From contig CBFIBM010000008.1 in assembly GCA_965660855.1 (NCBI GenBank), positions 1 to 64,000 of the forward strand: a stretch of DNA of 64,000 bases, given 5' to 3'. The DNA comes from an uncultured bacterium. GTDB lineage: Bacteria > Fidelibacterota > Marinisomatia > Marinisomatales > UBA1611. Below, piece by piece: positions 38,438 to 49,310 of the stretch. The notes below the pieces were generated by a model. That model ran no database searches. It saw only the letters and a program-made list of their open reading frames with translations, and had not been told where the DNA came from. The translations under genes were made by a program, and so were the position numbers. Position 1 is the first letter of the stretch. Every line of letters begins with the position of its first letter.

Positions 38438-39427
38438 CTATTTCACTCTACTCTTATTAAAATTTACAAGATTAATAAGGGCCGTTTTGTAGATTGTATC
38501 TGGGTAAGTAGATATGGATGCTAGTGCTCGATTTGAATATTCATCAAGTTTACCAATTGCATAATCTACACCACCTGTATCCTCTATGATTTTATGGATT
38601 TCAGAAAGAATTGAATTATTTTTTCTTTTTGATTTTAATAGTTTTTTCAATCTTCTTTTATCTGCCCCTTTCATATTAGACATGGAATAAATTAAAGGCA
38701 AAGTCTTCATATTTTTTTTAACATCACCTCCACTATTTTTCCCAGTATCATTTTCAGAACCCATCAAATCAAATAAATCATCTTTTATTTGAAATGCCAT
38801 ACCTAATGACTCACCATAATTATGTGTTGATGTTCTATCGGGTTCTGTTTTCGTAGTGGTTATCGCCCCTAACTCACAACTCGTAGCAATTAATGATGCT
38901 GTTTTTTGCCGAATCATATCAAAATAAACACTTTCTGTCATAGAGCCTGTTATGCTCTTTTCCAACTGGAGAATTTCACCAGAACTTAACTTTTCAGCAG
39001 TACTGGATATTTTTTCAAGGGCATCAAAATCTCTAAGTCTTATCATATTTATTAAGGCCTTACTTAGAATAAAATCTCCCATTAGGACTGAAATCTTATT
39101 CTTCCAAATTTTATTTATTGATGGCTTACCTCTTCTCTTTGTAGCATCATCAACAACATCATCATGTATTAAAGTTGCTAAATGTAGTAATTCCATCATT
39201 GCAGCTGCTCGATATGTATTTTCATTTGGTACACCACATAATCTTGCTGATAAAATAGTTAGGATTGGCCTTATATTTTTTCCTCTATTTCTTATCATGA
39301 AGTTAGAGATAGTGTTTATTAATTTAACATCAGAATAAAGCGCCTCGTCAAACTCTTTTTGAAAAAGCTTTATATCCTCTGAAATAGGAAAAGTTATATT
39401 TTTAAGACTTAAAATATCAGTAAACAT
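38438..39427 (-). CDS. ispB: Long-chain polyprenyl diphosphate synthase
   Basis: GKNIRP, LIHDDVVD..RRG, KTASL, FQIKDDLFD. Confidence 0.9.
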   Translation of the reverse strand: MFTDILSLKNITFPISEDIKLFQKEFDEALYSDVKLINTISNFMIRNRGKNIRPILTILSARLCGVPNENTYRAAAMMELLHLATLIHDDVVDDATKRRGKPSINKIWKNKISVLMGDFILSKALINMIRLRDFDALEKISSTAEKLSSGEILQLEKSITGSMTESVYFDMIRQKTASLIATSCELGAITTTKTEPDRTSTHNYGESLGMAFQIKDDLFDLMGSENDTGKNSGGDVKKNMKTLPLIYSMSNMKGADKRRLKKLLKSKRKNNSILSEIHKIIEDTGGVDYAIGKLDEYSNRALASISTYPDTIYKTALINLVNFNKSRVK

Positions 39428-39463
39428 CTATAAAAATTACTATTTTCTTGAATGACTATTCAA

Positions 39464-40189
39464 TCAGGATTTATCACGGTTGACCAGCCAAGATATACCT
39501 ATACTTAGTTCATATAAAAAAATTAGAGGAAAAGCCATAATAATCATAGAAACAGGGTCTGGCGGTGTGATGAATGATGATAAGACTAAAATAACAATTA
39601 TTGAATGCCTCCTGTAATGTCTCATAAATGCAGGAGTAAGTAGCCCGATGATAGATAGTAATAAAGATAAAACAGGAAGCTGAAATATTAAACCTGTTCC
39701 AATTAATAACCACGTTAAAAAACTAAAATAATACTGGATTGAAAAATTATTTTCTACTTGTCCTTGACTTACGCTACTAAAAAATTCTAGTGAAAAAGGT
39801 ATTAAAATAAAATATCCAAAAGACACACCCAGAATAAAAGATATAAATGAGAAGAAAACTATCGGAATCGAATATTTTTTTTCATTTACCTTTAAACCTG
39901 GTGAGATAAATTTCCAGAATTGATAAGTTAAAATTGGTAGAGAAATTATAAATCCTGATACAAATGCAATAAACCACTTAATTAAAAACATTCCTTGGAC
40001 AGAAAGAACTTGTAAGTTGATTGTTGTCGAGGTCTCATAAGTTGGTTTTAAAAGAAAATAGAGAATGTGATCCATAAATTGGAAAGAAAAAATTGAACCA
40101 ATTAGAATAGAAATAACGGACTTTATTAAACGCCACCTAAGTTCCTCTAAATGGTCAAGAAATCCCATTTCATGATCATTTTTATTCAT
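39464..40189 (-). CDS. tatC: Twin-arginine translocase TatC
   Basis: FLDHLEELRWRL, YQFWKFISPGL, FQLP, ITPPD, LYELSI. Confidence 0.97.
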   Translation of the reverse strand: MNKNDHEMGFLDHLEELRWRLIKSVISILIGSIFSFQFMDHILYFLLKPTYETSTTINLQVLSVQGMFLIKWFIAFVSGFIISLPILTYQFWKFISPGLKVNEKKYSIPIVFFSFISFILGVSFGYFILIPFSLEFFSSVSQGQVENNFSIQYYFSFLTWLLIGTGLIFQLPVLSLLLSIIGLLTPAFMRHYRRHSIIVILVLSSFITPPDPVSMIIMAFPLIFLYELSIGISWLVNRDKS

Positions 40190-40190
40190 A

Positions 40191-41123
40191 CTATTTATTT
40201 GCTAATAATTGTCTTACTATCCAATCAATATTTAAATCTGAAGGAGATTTATCTTTTAATATCTTTTCAAATTTATCATTCTGGTAATCTGTCCAAAATT
40301 GGTTTTCTAAATGCTCTGATATTTTATTCTTAACTCTATTTTTAATCCTAGTAAAGCGTTTTTCATCAAGAACCCCTTTTTTTTTCATTAACTTTTTCAA
40401 CCTATTTATACCAATAAATAATTCAACTATTCCTTCTCCTTTTGTGGAAATAACATTAAAGACCTCTGGTTCTTTTTTTATATTTTTAGAAAAGTAATGC
40501 AGAATATTTTTCAATAAAGAAGCCAATTTATTCGCACCTTTCCTATCAGATTTATTTACTACAAATAAATCGGCAATCTCAATTAATCCAGCCTTCATCA
40601 GTTGAATTTCATCACCTGATTCAGGAACTAATACAACAACTGTAATATCTGCTGTCGAGGCTATATTTATCTCACCCTGGCCAACACCAACTGTTTCAAA
40701 AATGATAAAATCTTTTCCACTCGCTTCAAGGATATCTCCTACTTCATGTGATTTACGAGCTAAGCCCCCTAAATCACCATGACTAGCCATACTTCTAATA
40801 AAAACTCGATCATCCCACATGTATTTGTTCATTCTTACTCTATCACCAAGAAGCGATCCACCAGAAAATGGACTAGTTGGATCTACAGCAATAACTCCAA
40901 CTGTTTTTTTATTAAATAAGATTGTCTCTATTAACTGATTAGTTAAGGTACTCTTACCTGCACCTGGAGGACCAGTTATCCCTATTCTTAAGCTTTTATT
41001 ATTTAAATCTAAATCTTCGAACGGATTATTATGAAATGTTAGGTTATTTTCAATTATTGTTATCGCTTTTGATATACTTAAATGATCATTTTTATATATT
41101 CCTTGCAAAAGACTTTTGGACAT
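40191..41123 (-). CDS. meaB: Methylmalonyl-CoA mutase-associated GTPase
   Basis: GITGPPGAGKST, AVDPTSPFSGGSLLGDRVRM, ETVGVGQ, GDEIQLMKAG, NKSD. Confidence 0.96.
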   Translation of the reverse strand: MSKSLLQGIYKNDHLSISKAITIIENNLTFHNNPFEDLDLNNKSLRIGITGPPGAGKSTLTNQLIETILFNKKTVGVIAVDPTSPFSGGSLLGDRVRMNKYMWDDRVFIRSMASHGDLGGLARKSHEVGDILEASGKDFIIFETVGVGQGEINIASTADITVVVLVPESGDEIQLMKAGLIEIADLFVVNKSDRKGANKLASLLKNILHYFSKNIKKEPEVFNVISTKGEGIVELFIGINRLKKLMKKKGVLDEKRFTRIKNRVKNKISEHLENQFWTDYQNDKFEKILKDKSPSDLNIDWIVRQLLANK

Positions 41124-41807
41124 TTATGAATCAAACTCCTTAACAAATCTTTTATAGTTCTTTATAACTAATTCACGTCCCTCACGTCTGATGAACTTTT
41201 CTTTTTCTAATAGATTAAGTGCTCTAGAAACAGTTTCTCTAGAAGTACCCGACATGTTTGCAATATCTTGTTGTATTGGTATTTTGGGTATATTCACCTC
41301 ACCATTTTTAATAACACCTTGTTCATCTGCAAACCTTAATATACATAGTGCAATTCTTTTTTCAGCATCACTTAATGAAAGACTAGCAATTTGCCTATCG
41401 CTTTTTCTTAATCTATGTGCCATTTCTTTAAGTAATTGAATAGCAATTTGAGGATATTCTTCTAAAACAGATAAAAAGTCTTTTCTATTTAAAGTTAAGA
41501 CTTCAGTTTTTTCTAATGCTATTACATTCGCAGATCTAGATTCGCCATCTAATAATGCCATTTCCCCAAAAAATTCACCTTTATTTAGCATTGCCAAAAT
41601 AACTTCTTTCCCATCTTTACTTAATCTTGTAACCTTTACGCTACCCTCTGAAACAAAAAAACACTTTTCACCCTCCGAATTTTCCATAAATATCAAACTT
41701 CCGGTTTCAAAATTTTTGGTAATCATTCTAGATGATATATATCCTAATTCTTTGTCACTTAGGTCATAAAATAGAGATACAGACTTCAAAAGATTATTTT
41801 TATCCAT
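41124..41807 (-). CDS. Crp/Fnr-family regulator, cAMP-binding type
   Basis: FFGEMALLD..RSANV cNMP pocket; HTH QQDIANMSGTSRETVSR; ATG at 41807 preferred over the track start. Confidence 0.94.
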   Translation of the reverse strand: MDKNNLLKSVSLFYDLSDKELGYISSRMITKNFETGSLIFMENSEGEKCFFVSEGSVKVTRLSKDGKEVILAMLNKGEFFGEMALLDGESRSANVIALEKTEVLTLNRKDFLSVLEEYPQIAIQLLKEMAHRLRKSDRQIASLSLSDAEKRIALCILRFADEQGVIKNGEVNIPKIPIQQDIANMSGTSRETVSRALNLLEKEKFIRREGRELVIKNYKRFVKEFDS

Positions 41808-41903
41808 ATTGTAAAATACAGAATACCGGACACATATCAAATTTTATAAAAAATATTTTCAATATTGTTCTAAAAATAGAGTCTTATTTACACCACCAGA
41901 TTA

Positions 41904-41933
41904 TTGACTTTTTGTTACAATAAAGTGTAATTT
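41904..41933 (+). promoter_or_regulatory. Putative sigma70 promoter of rpsT
   Basis: TTGACT-N18-TAATTT, ending 28 nt before the rpsT ATG. Confidence 0.45.
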
Positions 41934-41961
41934 TATTATCTTCAATTTAAAGGAAATAATA

Positions 41962-42216
41962 ATGGATAGACATCCACAACAAATTAAGAGAGAACGGCAA
42001 GATATAAAAAGAAGAGCAAGAAATGTCGATGCCCTGTCAAAACTTAGAACAAACGTAAAAAAAGTTTTATCTACAACAGATAAAAAAGAAGCTCTAGCTA
42101 TCTATCAAGTAGCGGTAAGTGTTATTGATCGTGCCGTAAATAAAAATCTTATTCATAAAAATACTGGTTCACGAAGGAAAGCCCAGATTACTAAACATTT
42201 TAATTCACTAAAATAG
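41962..42216 (+). CDS. rpsT: 30S ribosomal protein S20
   Basis: KR.RQ..KRRARN...S.LRT.VKK, IDRAV.K.LIHKN..SRRKA. Confidence 0.96.
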   Translation: MDRHPQQIKRERQDIKRRARNVDALSKLRTNVKKVLSTTDKKEALAIYQVAVSVIDRAVNKNLIHKNTGSRRKAQITKHFNSLK

Positions 42217-42225
42217 TTTAAACAC

Positions 42226-43698
42226 CTAACTATCAGATACCTGGTAGTTAGGAGCCTCTTTTACAATTCTTACTTCATGCGGGTGATTTTCTTTAATACC
42301 TGCAGATGTTATTTCTACAAATTGAGTTTCTTTTCCAAAATCTGATATATTTTCACATCCACAGTATCCCATTGATGACCTTATGCCACCTAGTAATTGA
42401 TGAATCGTATTTCTTACAGGACCTCGAAAGGGTACCATGCCTTCTATACCTTCTGGTACTAATTTTGTTGCCTCGGCACCTTCTTGAAAATACCTATCTC
42501 CACTTCCTCTTTCCATTGCCCCCATCGAACCCATACCACGGTAAGATTTATACTGCCTACCTTCATAAAGGATAGATTCACCTGGACTCTCATCCATACC
42601 AGCTAAAATACTTCCCAACATAACAGAATCTGCACCAGCTGCAAGAGCTTTCGCTATATCGCCACTATATCTAAGTCCTCCATCTGCAATCACAGGAATA
42701 TTATCTTTTTTTGCTATATCAACGGCGTTTATTATTGCAGTAAGTTGAGGAACACCAACACCAGCAATCACCCTAGTGGTGCAACTAGCTCCAGCTCCAA
42801 TTCCAACTTTTACTGCATCTACACCATTATCTATAAGAGCCTTAGTTCCTTCACCTGTGGCGACATTTCCAGCTATAATTTCTATATTTGAATATGAGTT
42901 TTTAATATTATCAATAGCCTTAAGCACACCTTTTGAATGGCCATGAGCAGTATCAATAATTATTGCATCGACATCAACGTCTGCTAGGGCTCCAGCACGA
43001 TCAATAGAATCATTTGAGATTCCTAATGCAGCAGCTACTCTTAATCTTCCATTTTTATCTTTACAAGCTTCAGGATAATCTTCATTTTTCTGTATATCTT
43101 TGACTGTTATTAATCCAGTCAAATTATTTTGATTATCGACAACTAGTAATTTTTCAATTCTGTGCTTTTGTAATATTTCCTTTGCTTTTTCTAAGGATGT
43201 TCCGAAAGGAACAGTAATTAAATTCTTGGAAGTCATTCTCTCTGAAATATTCAAATTATTGTTTGTCTCAAAGCGAATATCGCGATTTGTTATAATTCCA
43301 ACCAGATTTCCTTCCTCTCTTACTACAGGAAGTCCACTAATTTTATATTCAGACATAATTTTTCTAGCTGCATGGATAGTTGAGTTTTCATTGATCGTTA
43401 TTGGGTTAAGAATCATACCACTCTCAGATCGTTTTACACGGTCAACCATATTTGCCTGTTTTTTAATTGACAGATTCTTATGTATCACACCTAATCCACC
43501 TGTCCTTGCCAATGCTATTGCCATATCTGTCTCTGTTACAGTATCCATTGCTGCGCTTAAAATAGGTATATTTAAATCGATCTTATTTGTAAGCCTAGTT
43601 CGTAAGCTTACATCTTTTGGTAAAATACTAGACTTTTGAGGTACTAATAAAACATCGTCAAATGTATATGCTTTTTTAAAAGGTGGTCGATTTTTCAC
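42226..43698 (-). CDS. guaB: IMP dehydrogenase
   Basis: [21 protein letters not shown] pair, [24 protein letters not shown] start at 43698 with GGAG SD. Confidence 0.98.
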   Translation of the reverse strand: MKNRPPFKKAYTFDDVLLVPQKSSILPKDVSLRTRLTNKIDLNIPILSAAMDTVTETDMAIALARTGGLGVIHKNLSIKKQANMVDRVKRSESGMILNPITINENSTIHAARKIMSEYKISGLPVVREEGNLVGIITNRDIRFETNNNLNISERMTSKNLITVPFGTSLEKAKEILQKHRIEKLLVVDNQNNLTGLITVKDIQKNEDYPEACKDKNGRLRVAAALGISNDSIDRAGALADVDVDAIIIDTAHGHSKGVLKAIDNIKNSYSNIEIIAGNVATGEGTKALIDNGVDAVKVGIGAGASCTTRVIAGVGVPQLTAIINAVDIAKKDNIPVIADGGLRYSGDIAKALAAGADSVMLGSILAGMDESPGESILYEGRQYKSYRGMGSMGAMERGSGDRYFQEGAEATKLVPEGIEGMVPFRGPVRNTIHQLLGGIRSSMGYCGCENISDFGKETQFVEITSAGIKENHPHEVRIVKEAPNYQVSDS

Positions 43699-43708
43699 TT
43701 TTTCTCCA

Positions 43709-45226
43709 TTATAAATTATAATCAACTTGATTTAATAAATCACCAGTTTCTATGTAATGCTTTAAGAGAGTAATCTCAGAGTAAAGAGATCTATCTCCAA
43801 TGTGAAATTCACACTTATTTTTGACATATGAAATTATTTTTCGAATGCCAGATCCAGATTTCATGTTAGAGCTACAAATATAATTAACTGCACAAGCAAC
43901 AAGAAGTTCAATTGATAAAATCGTACATACATTTTCTTGTATCATTAATAACTTATTCCCAGCCCATGGTGCCATACTAACTAAATCTTCTTGTCCTGCT
44001 GATGAATTAATGGAATCTACACTTGCAGGATGAGCGAGTGTTTTATTTTCTGAAGCAAGAGCTGTTGCAGTAACATGAGCAATCATATAGCCTGACTCTA
44101 AACCAGGTTTTATTGCAACAAATGGTTCAAATTTTCCTTTTACCCCTTTCATAAAATTATGAATTCTTCTTTCTGATATAGCACCTAGTTCAGAAAATGC
44201 AACTGCAAGAGAATCTAATGATTGAGCTACATGCTCCGCATGAAAATGACCCGAGCTTGCTATAGTTCCATCTTTTAAAATTAATGGGTTGTCACTTACA
44301 CTATTAATTTCATTATTAATAATTTCGGCTGCATTTTCAAATATATCTCTGGATGCACCATGAACATGAGGAATACATCTAAAACTATAAGGATCTTGAA
44401 CCTTATCACAATCTTTATGAGAATTAATAATTTCACTATCTTGGAGGATATTATAAACAATTTCAGCTGTTTTTCTCTGACCTAAATGCATTTTAGCTTC
44501 ATGAATTTCTTTTCTAAAGACATTCAGACTTGAATAACTATTTTCTACTGATATACCACCGACTACATCCGCTGAATCCATTAAAACTTTGCCATTTAAT
44601 AATGTTTTTATTGCAATAGCTGTTGAAACTTGAGTTCCATTGATTAAACTTAAACCTTCTTTAGGTTCAAGTTTTAACGGTTGAATATTTAATTGATTTA
44701 GAATATCTGATGTTTTTGATCTTTTACCATCAAAAAATACCTCCCCCTCTCCAATTAAAGATAAAGCCATATGCCCCATTGGTGCTAAGTCACCACTAGC
44801 CCCAACAGATCCTTTTTGAGGTATAACTGGCAAGATGTCATGGTTGAGATATTCGATAATTTTTTGAACAACTTGAAGCCTTATTCCACTATACCCTTTT
44901 ATAAAAGTTAATATCTTAAGATAAAGTATTACTCTTACTAAGCCAAGATCAAATGGCTTACCAATACCTGATGCATGGCTTCTTACTAGATTCTCTTGCA
45001 ATAAAATTTGATCTTGATCACTAATCGAAACATTACTCAATTTACCAAAACCTGTATTAACACCATAAATAACTTCAGATGAATATAGTTTTTTAGTAAA
45101 ACTCTTATGAGAATTTTTAATATTTTCTTCAGATTTTTTTAAAAGTTTAACTTTTATAGGACCTTTAAAAAAGCATTCAAAATCCAAAAAAGTATGGTTT
45201 CTTTGATCTATAGTTATATAACTCAT
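43709..45226 (-). CDS. hutH: Histidine ammonia-lyase
   Basis: YGVNTGFG, LVRSH, GSVGASGDLAP (MIO triad), KEGLSLINGT, QDPYSFRC, GQED.VSM. Confidence 0.92.
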   Translation of the reverse strand: MSYITIDQRNHTFLDFECFFKGPIKVKLLKKSEENIKNSHKSFTKKLYSSEVIYGVNTGFGKLSNVSISDQDQILLQENLVRSHASGIGKPFDLGLVRVILYLKILTFIKGYSGIRLQVVQKIIEYLNHDILPVIPQKGSVGASGDLAPMGHMALSLIGEGEVFFDGKRSKTSDILNQLNIQPLKLEPKEGLSLINGTQVSTAIAIKTLLNGKVLMDSADVVGGISVENSYSSLNVFRKEIHEAKMHLGQRKTAEIVYNILQDSEIINSHKDCDKVQDPYSFRCIPHVHGASRDIFENAAEIINNEINSVSDNPLILKDGTIASSGHFHAEHVAQSLDSLAVAFSELGAISERRIHNFMKGVKGKFEPFVAIKPGLESGYMIAHVTATALASENKTLAHPASVDSINSSAGQEDLVSMAPWAGNKLLMIQENVCTILSIELLVACAVNYICSSNMKSGSGIRKIISYVKNKCEFHIGDRSLYSEITLLKHYIETGDLLNQVDYNL

Positions 45227-45273
45227 TTGAGAATTTATAAATTAAGAATCAGTGAAGCTAATTAATGTGAAGT

Positions 45274-48084
45274 TTATTTAATTGAGTCCATTTGTGAAAA
45301 AGGTTCAATCTCAACGGGTAATGAATCACTGAAAATTCTCCCATATCTTTTTGTAACTATTCTATTATCTAGGCAAATAAACCTACCTGAATCAAAACTG
45401 GTTCTGATTAATCTTCCAAACCCTTGTCTAAATCTAATAACTGCTTCAGGTAAATTATATTCCATAAAGCTATTACCACCCTGTCTATTTATATATTCAG
45501 AATAAGATTTGACTAAAGGCTCGCTTGGAACATCAAACGGTAACTTTACAAGAATTAATATTTCTAATAAATTACCCGGCAAATCAACACCTTCCCAAAA
45601 ACTATTCGTCCCAAAAAGAATACCATTTGATTTTTGATGCATACCCTTAATTATAGCAGGCCTTGATGCACCTTTTATTTGTGCGAATAAAGGTAGTGTT
45701 CTTCCTCCAGGTTTTTCACGAATATATGAGGCTGTTTCAGTTAAAGTATTAATTGAAGTAAATAATACCATTATTCTTTTAGAAAGCGATTTATGAAGAT
45801 TATAAATAAGATCACCAATACTATTTGGATCGTTTACAATTTCTTTATTACCACTATATTGATGATAAATTACTTGTTCATTATAATGGAAGGGACTAAA
45901 GTACTCTTCTTTTAAAAAGTTTATATTGTTATCTAGACCAATACGTTTTATGAAATAATCAAATGAATCTTGAATTTTTAAAGTAGCAGAAGTTAAAACA
46001 CAGTTCTCTATTCGCTTAAAAAAAGAATGGTTAATAGTTTCAGAGACATCAATTAAAGAGGAGTGCATGGATATTATTAATTTCTCTTTATCAGTTTTTG
46101 GAGATTTGTACTCCCCTTCCAACCAGTATACATATTCTGTGCTTTGATCCTCTGTTAGATGAATTAAAGATTTTAACAACGAATTACAGATTTCTGTAGA
46201 GCGTTCTAATGTAGAGTGTAATGCTGGAAAATCTTTTCTACTTTTATCAATTTCAAGAATTGAATTTTTAAGTCTTTCAATACATGAAAAAATTATCTCT
46301 AATGATTTTTTCATATTCTTTAACTCTATATCCAAATGTCTATATAAATTGTCTAGACTATTTACTATCGGTTTATCCTGGTAAGATCGTTCTGAAGAAA
46401 ACTTGCTCTTATTATCTTCTTTAAACTCGCTCATTAAAGTTTTTAAAAAACCATATGAATCTTTAATAGACTCTTTTAGAGCATCTCTTTGTTCAATAAC
46501 ATCTTTATTAATTTCACCAATTCTGTTTAATATATTATTCCAACGAGCAGATCTAGAAAATGAAGGGTCCATTGTTTGCAGTAAATGGGTTACTTGTTGT
46601 TCACTCCATTCTATCCTGAACTGATCATAAGCAGACTTTACAAGATTATGCGCCTCATCAATGATAATATTTTTATAGTCTGGTAAAAAACCTGGTTGAG
46701 CTACATCTGTCATTAATAAAGAATGATTTATTATAATTATATTTGCTCGGAAAAGATTCTTTTTTAATTTTCCGTAGAAACAACCATCATTTTTTTTACA
46801 TAATTCTCCTGTGCAAAATCCTGGCTCGCTACAAATTAAAGATTGCAACCAGTTCCTTCTTGAATTAAAAAAGCCAGAACACTCTGAGATATCCCCAGTC
46901 CTTGTCCAAAACATCCAAAAGATAATTGGAATTAAAGCTTCTAAATCTTGAATATCAAGAGTTCTAGAATCAGATATAATCCAATTAAGTCGAGTCTTAC
47001 AAATGTAATTCCTTCTACCTTTTAACATTATTGCCTTTATCGGAACGCGAAGAGCTTCCGATAATTGTGGTAAATCTTTAAAAAAAAGCTGATCTTGCAG
47101 TGGTTTAGTATGACAAGCAATTATGGTTGGTCCAGAGCCTTCTAAGTCATAAGAACTTTTATATGCTCCAAATAAATATGCCATAGATTTACCAAGACCC
47201 GTTCCTGCTTCAATAACACCAAACTTTCCATTATTATTGAGAACTTCTTCAACTAGCTTAGAATATTTTATTTGATTTGGTCTTTCTTCAAAATTTGAAT
47301 AAACTTCATTGAGTAAACCATTATTTCCAAAAACATTTTCTGCTGTAATATTCGATAAATCATTCACACCGTCACATTTAAATGTATTTTTTTTGAAAAT
47401 CTCTTTATCTGAATTTGTATTCAATCCCTGGGATAATTCACCAATACGAGTTAGTTCATTTCCTAAATTAATATATAACTTTTGATTTGGAACTTTAGAC
47501 CCTTTTAACATTGCATTAACTTTGGAAATAAGCTCTAAAGGATAAGTAGATAAAATATCTAACATTTCTAGAAATATTAATCCGGTATTTTCAGTATCTT
47601 TTTCTGCTCTATGTGAACCCTCTGATGATAAACCAAATGATTCAGAAAGTGCACCTAAATTAAAAACTGGTTGTTGAAATAAGACACTCCTAGCTAGTTG
47701 TAATGTGTCATATTTGACAAAAGTAGGGTCATCTCTTCCTAACCTATTACACATTGAGGAAAGAAATTTTTGATCAAAACTTATATTATGGGCTACAAGA
47801 GGAAGATCTCCTAAAAACCCTAATAAATCATCTATAATCATCTCTTCAGTTGGACAGGATTTCACCATTTTATTTGATATTCCGGTTAATCGAGTAATCA
47901 TACTAGATATATTCTTTTCAGGATTTATTAATTGTACATATTTGTCTGTTATTTTTCCATTCTCGAATCGAATAGCAGCAACTTCGATAACCTTATCATT
48001 TTTAGAGTCTAGACCTGTCGTTTCAAAATCAAAAGCAGTAAAACTTGATAATTCTAATACTTCTAACAATTTAATTCTATCCAA
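45274..48084 (-). CDS. dinG: DinG-family helicase with N-terminal DEDDh 3'-5' exonuclease
   Basis: FDFETTG, AHNISFD, HRAEKD; EAGTGLGKS, IIDEAH, TSATL, FWEGVDLPG, QGFGRLIR. Confidence 0.93.
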   Translation of the reverse strand: MDRIKLLEVLELSSFTAFDFETTGLDSKNDKVIEVAAIRFENGKITDKYVQLINPEKNISSMITRLTGISNKMVKSCPTEEMIIDDLLGFLGDLPLVAHNISFDQKFLSSMCNRLGRDDPTFVKYDTLQLARSVLFQQPVFNLGALSESFGLSSEGSHRAEKDTENTGLIFLEMLDILSTYPLELISKVNAMLKGSKVPNQKLYINLGNELTRIGELSQGLNTNSDKEIFKKNTFKCDGVNDLSNITAENVFGNNGLLNEVYSNFEERPNQIKYSKLVEEVLNNNGKFGVIEAGTGLGKSMAYLFGAYKSSYDLEGSGPTIIACHTKPLQDQLFFKDLPQLSEALRVPIKAIMLKGRRNYICKTRLNWIISDSRTLDIQDLEALIPIIFWMFWTRTGDISECSGFFNSRRNWLQSLICSEPGFCTGELCKKNDGCFYGKLKKNLFRANIIIINHSLLMTDVAQPGFLPDYKNIIIDEAHNLVKSAYDQFRIEWSEQQVTHLLQTMDPSFSRSARWNNILNRIGEINKDVIEQRDALKESIKDSYGFLKTLMSEFKEDNKSKFSSERSYQDKPIVNSLDNLYRHLDIELKNMKKSLEIIFSCIERLKNSILEIDKSRKDFPALHSTLERSTEICNSLLKSLIHLTEDQSTEYVYWLEGEYKSPKTDKEKLIISMHSSLIDVSETINHSFFKRIENCVLTSATLKIQDSFDYFIKRIGLDNNINFLKEEYFSPFHYNEQVIYHQYSGNKEIVNDPNSIGDLIYNLHKSLSKRIMVLFTSINTLTETASYIREKPGGRTLPLFAQIKGASRPAIIKGMHQKSNGILFGTNSFWEGVDLPGNLLEILILVKLPFDVPSEPLVKSYSEYINRQGGNSFMEYNLPEAVIRFRQGFGRLIRTSFDSGRFICLDNRIVTKRYGRIFSDSLPVEIEPFSQMDSIK

Positions 48085-48095
48085 AGAGTCTCCAA

Positions 48096-49310
48096 TTACG
48101 ATAATAAAATTTTAAAATAAAATAAAGGGTTTGATAATTCTTCTTTTGGTATTTCATGAGCTAACATTCCAGCTATTATTTCTTGAACATCTTTATTCCT
48201 TGCTGCTCTATTAATAACAAAGTTTAAAAGAAAACTTGACTTTGCAAGACTTTGTAATCGAGTACTTGTCTTTAATTCTTTTCCTATTTCTTCCCACAGT
48301 ATTTGATCATACTTCTTAAAAGAATTTTTACTAAAATCTTTTTTAGTTTTCGATTCTGCTAATATTTGCATAGCATATTTTCCTGATACCATAGCATTTC
48401 CAATCCCTTCGCCAGTAAAAGGGTCAATTAAACCTGCTGAGTCGCCTATCAGCATAAATCTATCTCCACAATTTTCTCTATGGGTGCTTCCACAAGGTAA
48501 GTTCCACCCTCGTGGTTTTTCTAGCTTTTCAGAGTATTTAAATCTTTTTTTAAATGGCCCAGATTTAATAACTTGATCCAATATTTGACTTAATGTTCTA
48601 CTATCATTTTTAGCATGATTTTTACTTAGACCTATACCAACATTTGCTTTATTATTTCCAATTGGAAAAAGCCACAAATAACCAGGGTTAACTTCATTTA
48701 AATAATGTAATTCTATTTGATCAGTTAAACCTTTAACATTTGAATAATAACACCTTATTGCAATGGAGGTGTTTTTCATATCCATTTTATATAAACCTGT
48801 TTTTCTTGCAATGATTGAGTTTGCTCCATCTGCTCCAACAACAACTGAAGAATGAATAATTTCATTTTCACCTTTATTATTAATTCCTTTGACACCAACA
48901 ATTTTACCATTTTTATAAACTAGATCTTTAACTTTAAAGCCTTCTTTAGTGTCTGTGACATCTTTTACCTTTTCGAATAAAAAATTATCAAATATATGGC
49001 GCGGAATAACAAATCCTTTTGAAACATAATCTCTTTTCTTTGTTTTTGTTAAATGTAAATTGAATTGATTATAACTGGGACTACCAAATGTAATACGATT
49101 AATTGCTGCACCTTCTAATTTTTCTACATCATCTAATAAATCAAGCTCCCTCATTATTCTGATACACTTTCCAGAAAGTGCATCACCACAAATTTTATCT
49201 CTTGGAAAATAAGACTTATCTACAACAATAGACTTCAAACCAAACTTTTTTGCATATAAAGCTGCAGCTGATCCAGCTGGACCACCTCCAACAATAATAA
49301 CATCATACAT
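48096..49310 (-). CDS. Geranylgeranyl-reductase-family flavoprotein
   Basis: VGGGPAG, FPRDKICGD, GADG, GY.WLFP..NVG, GDSAGLIDPFTGEGI. Confidence 0.92.
   Translation of the reverse strand: MYDVIIVGGGPAGSAAALYAKKFGLKSIVVDKSYFPRDKICGDALSGKCIRIMRELDLLDDVEKLEGAAINRITFGSPSYNQFNLHLTKTKKRDYVSKGFVIPRHIFDNFLFEKVKDVTDTKEGFKVKDLVYKNGKIVGVKGINNKGENEIIHSSVVVGADGANSIIARKTGLYKMDMKNTSIAIRCYYSNVKGLTDQIELHYLNEVNPGYLWLFPIGNNKANVGIGLSKNHAKNDSRTLSQILDQVIKSGPFKKRFKYSEKLEKPRGWNLPCGSTHRENCGDRFMLIGDSAGLIDPFTGEGIGNAMVSGKYAMQILAESKTKKDFSKNSFKKYDQILWEEIGKELKTSTRLQSLAKSSFLLNFVINRAARNKDVQEIIAGMLAHEIPKEELSNPLFYFKILLS

Noticed and set aside
41915..41930. Palindrome TTACA-N6-TGTAA between crp and rpsT as a CRP site
   Set aside because: Half-sites are reversed relative to TGTGA-N6-TCACA, and such AT-rich palindromes arise easily by chance here.
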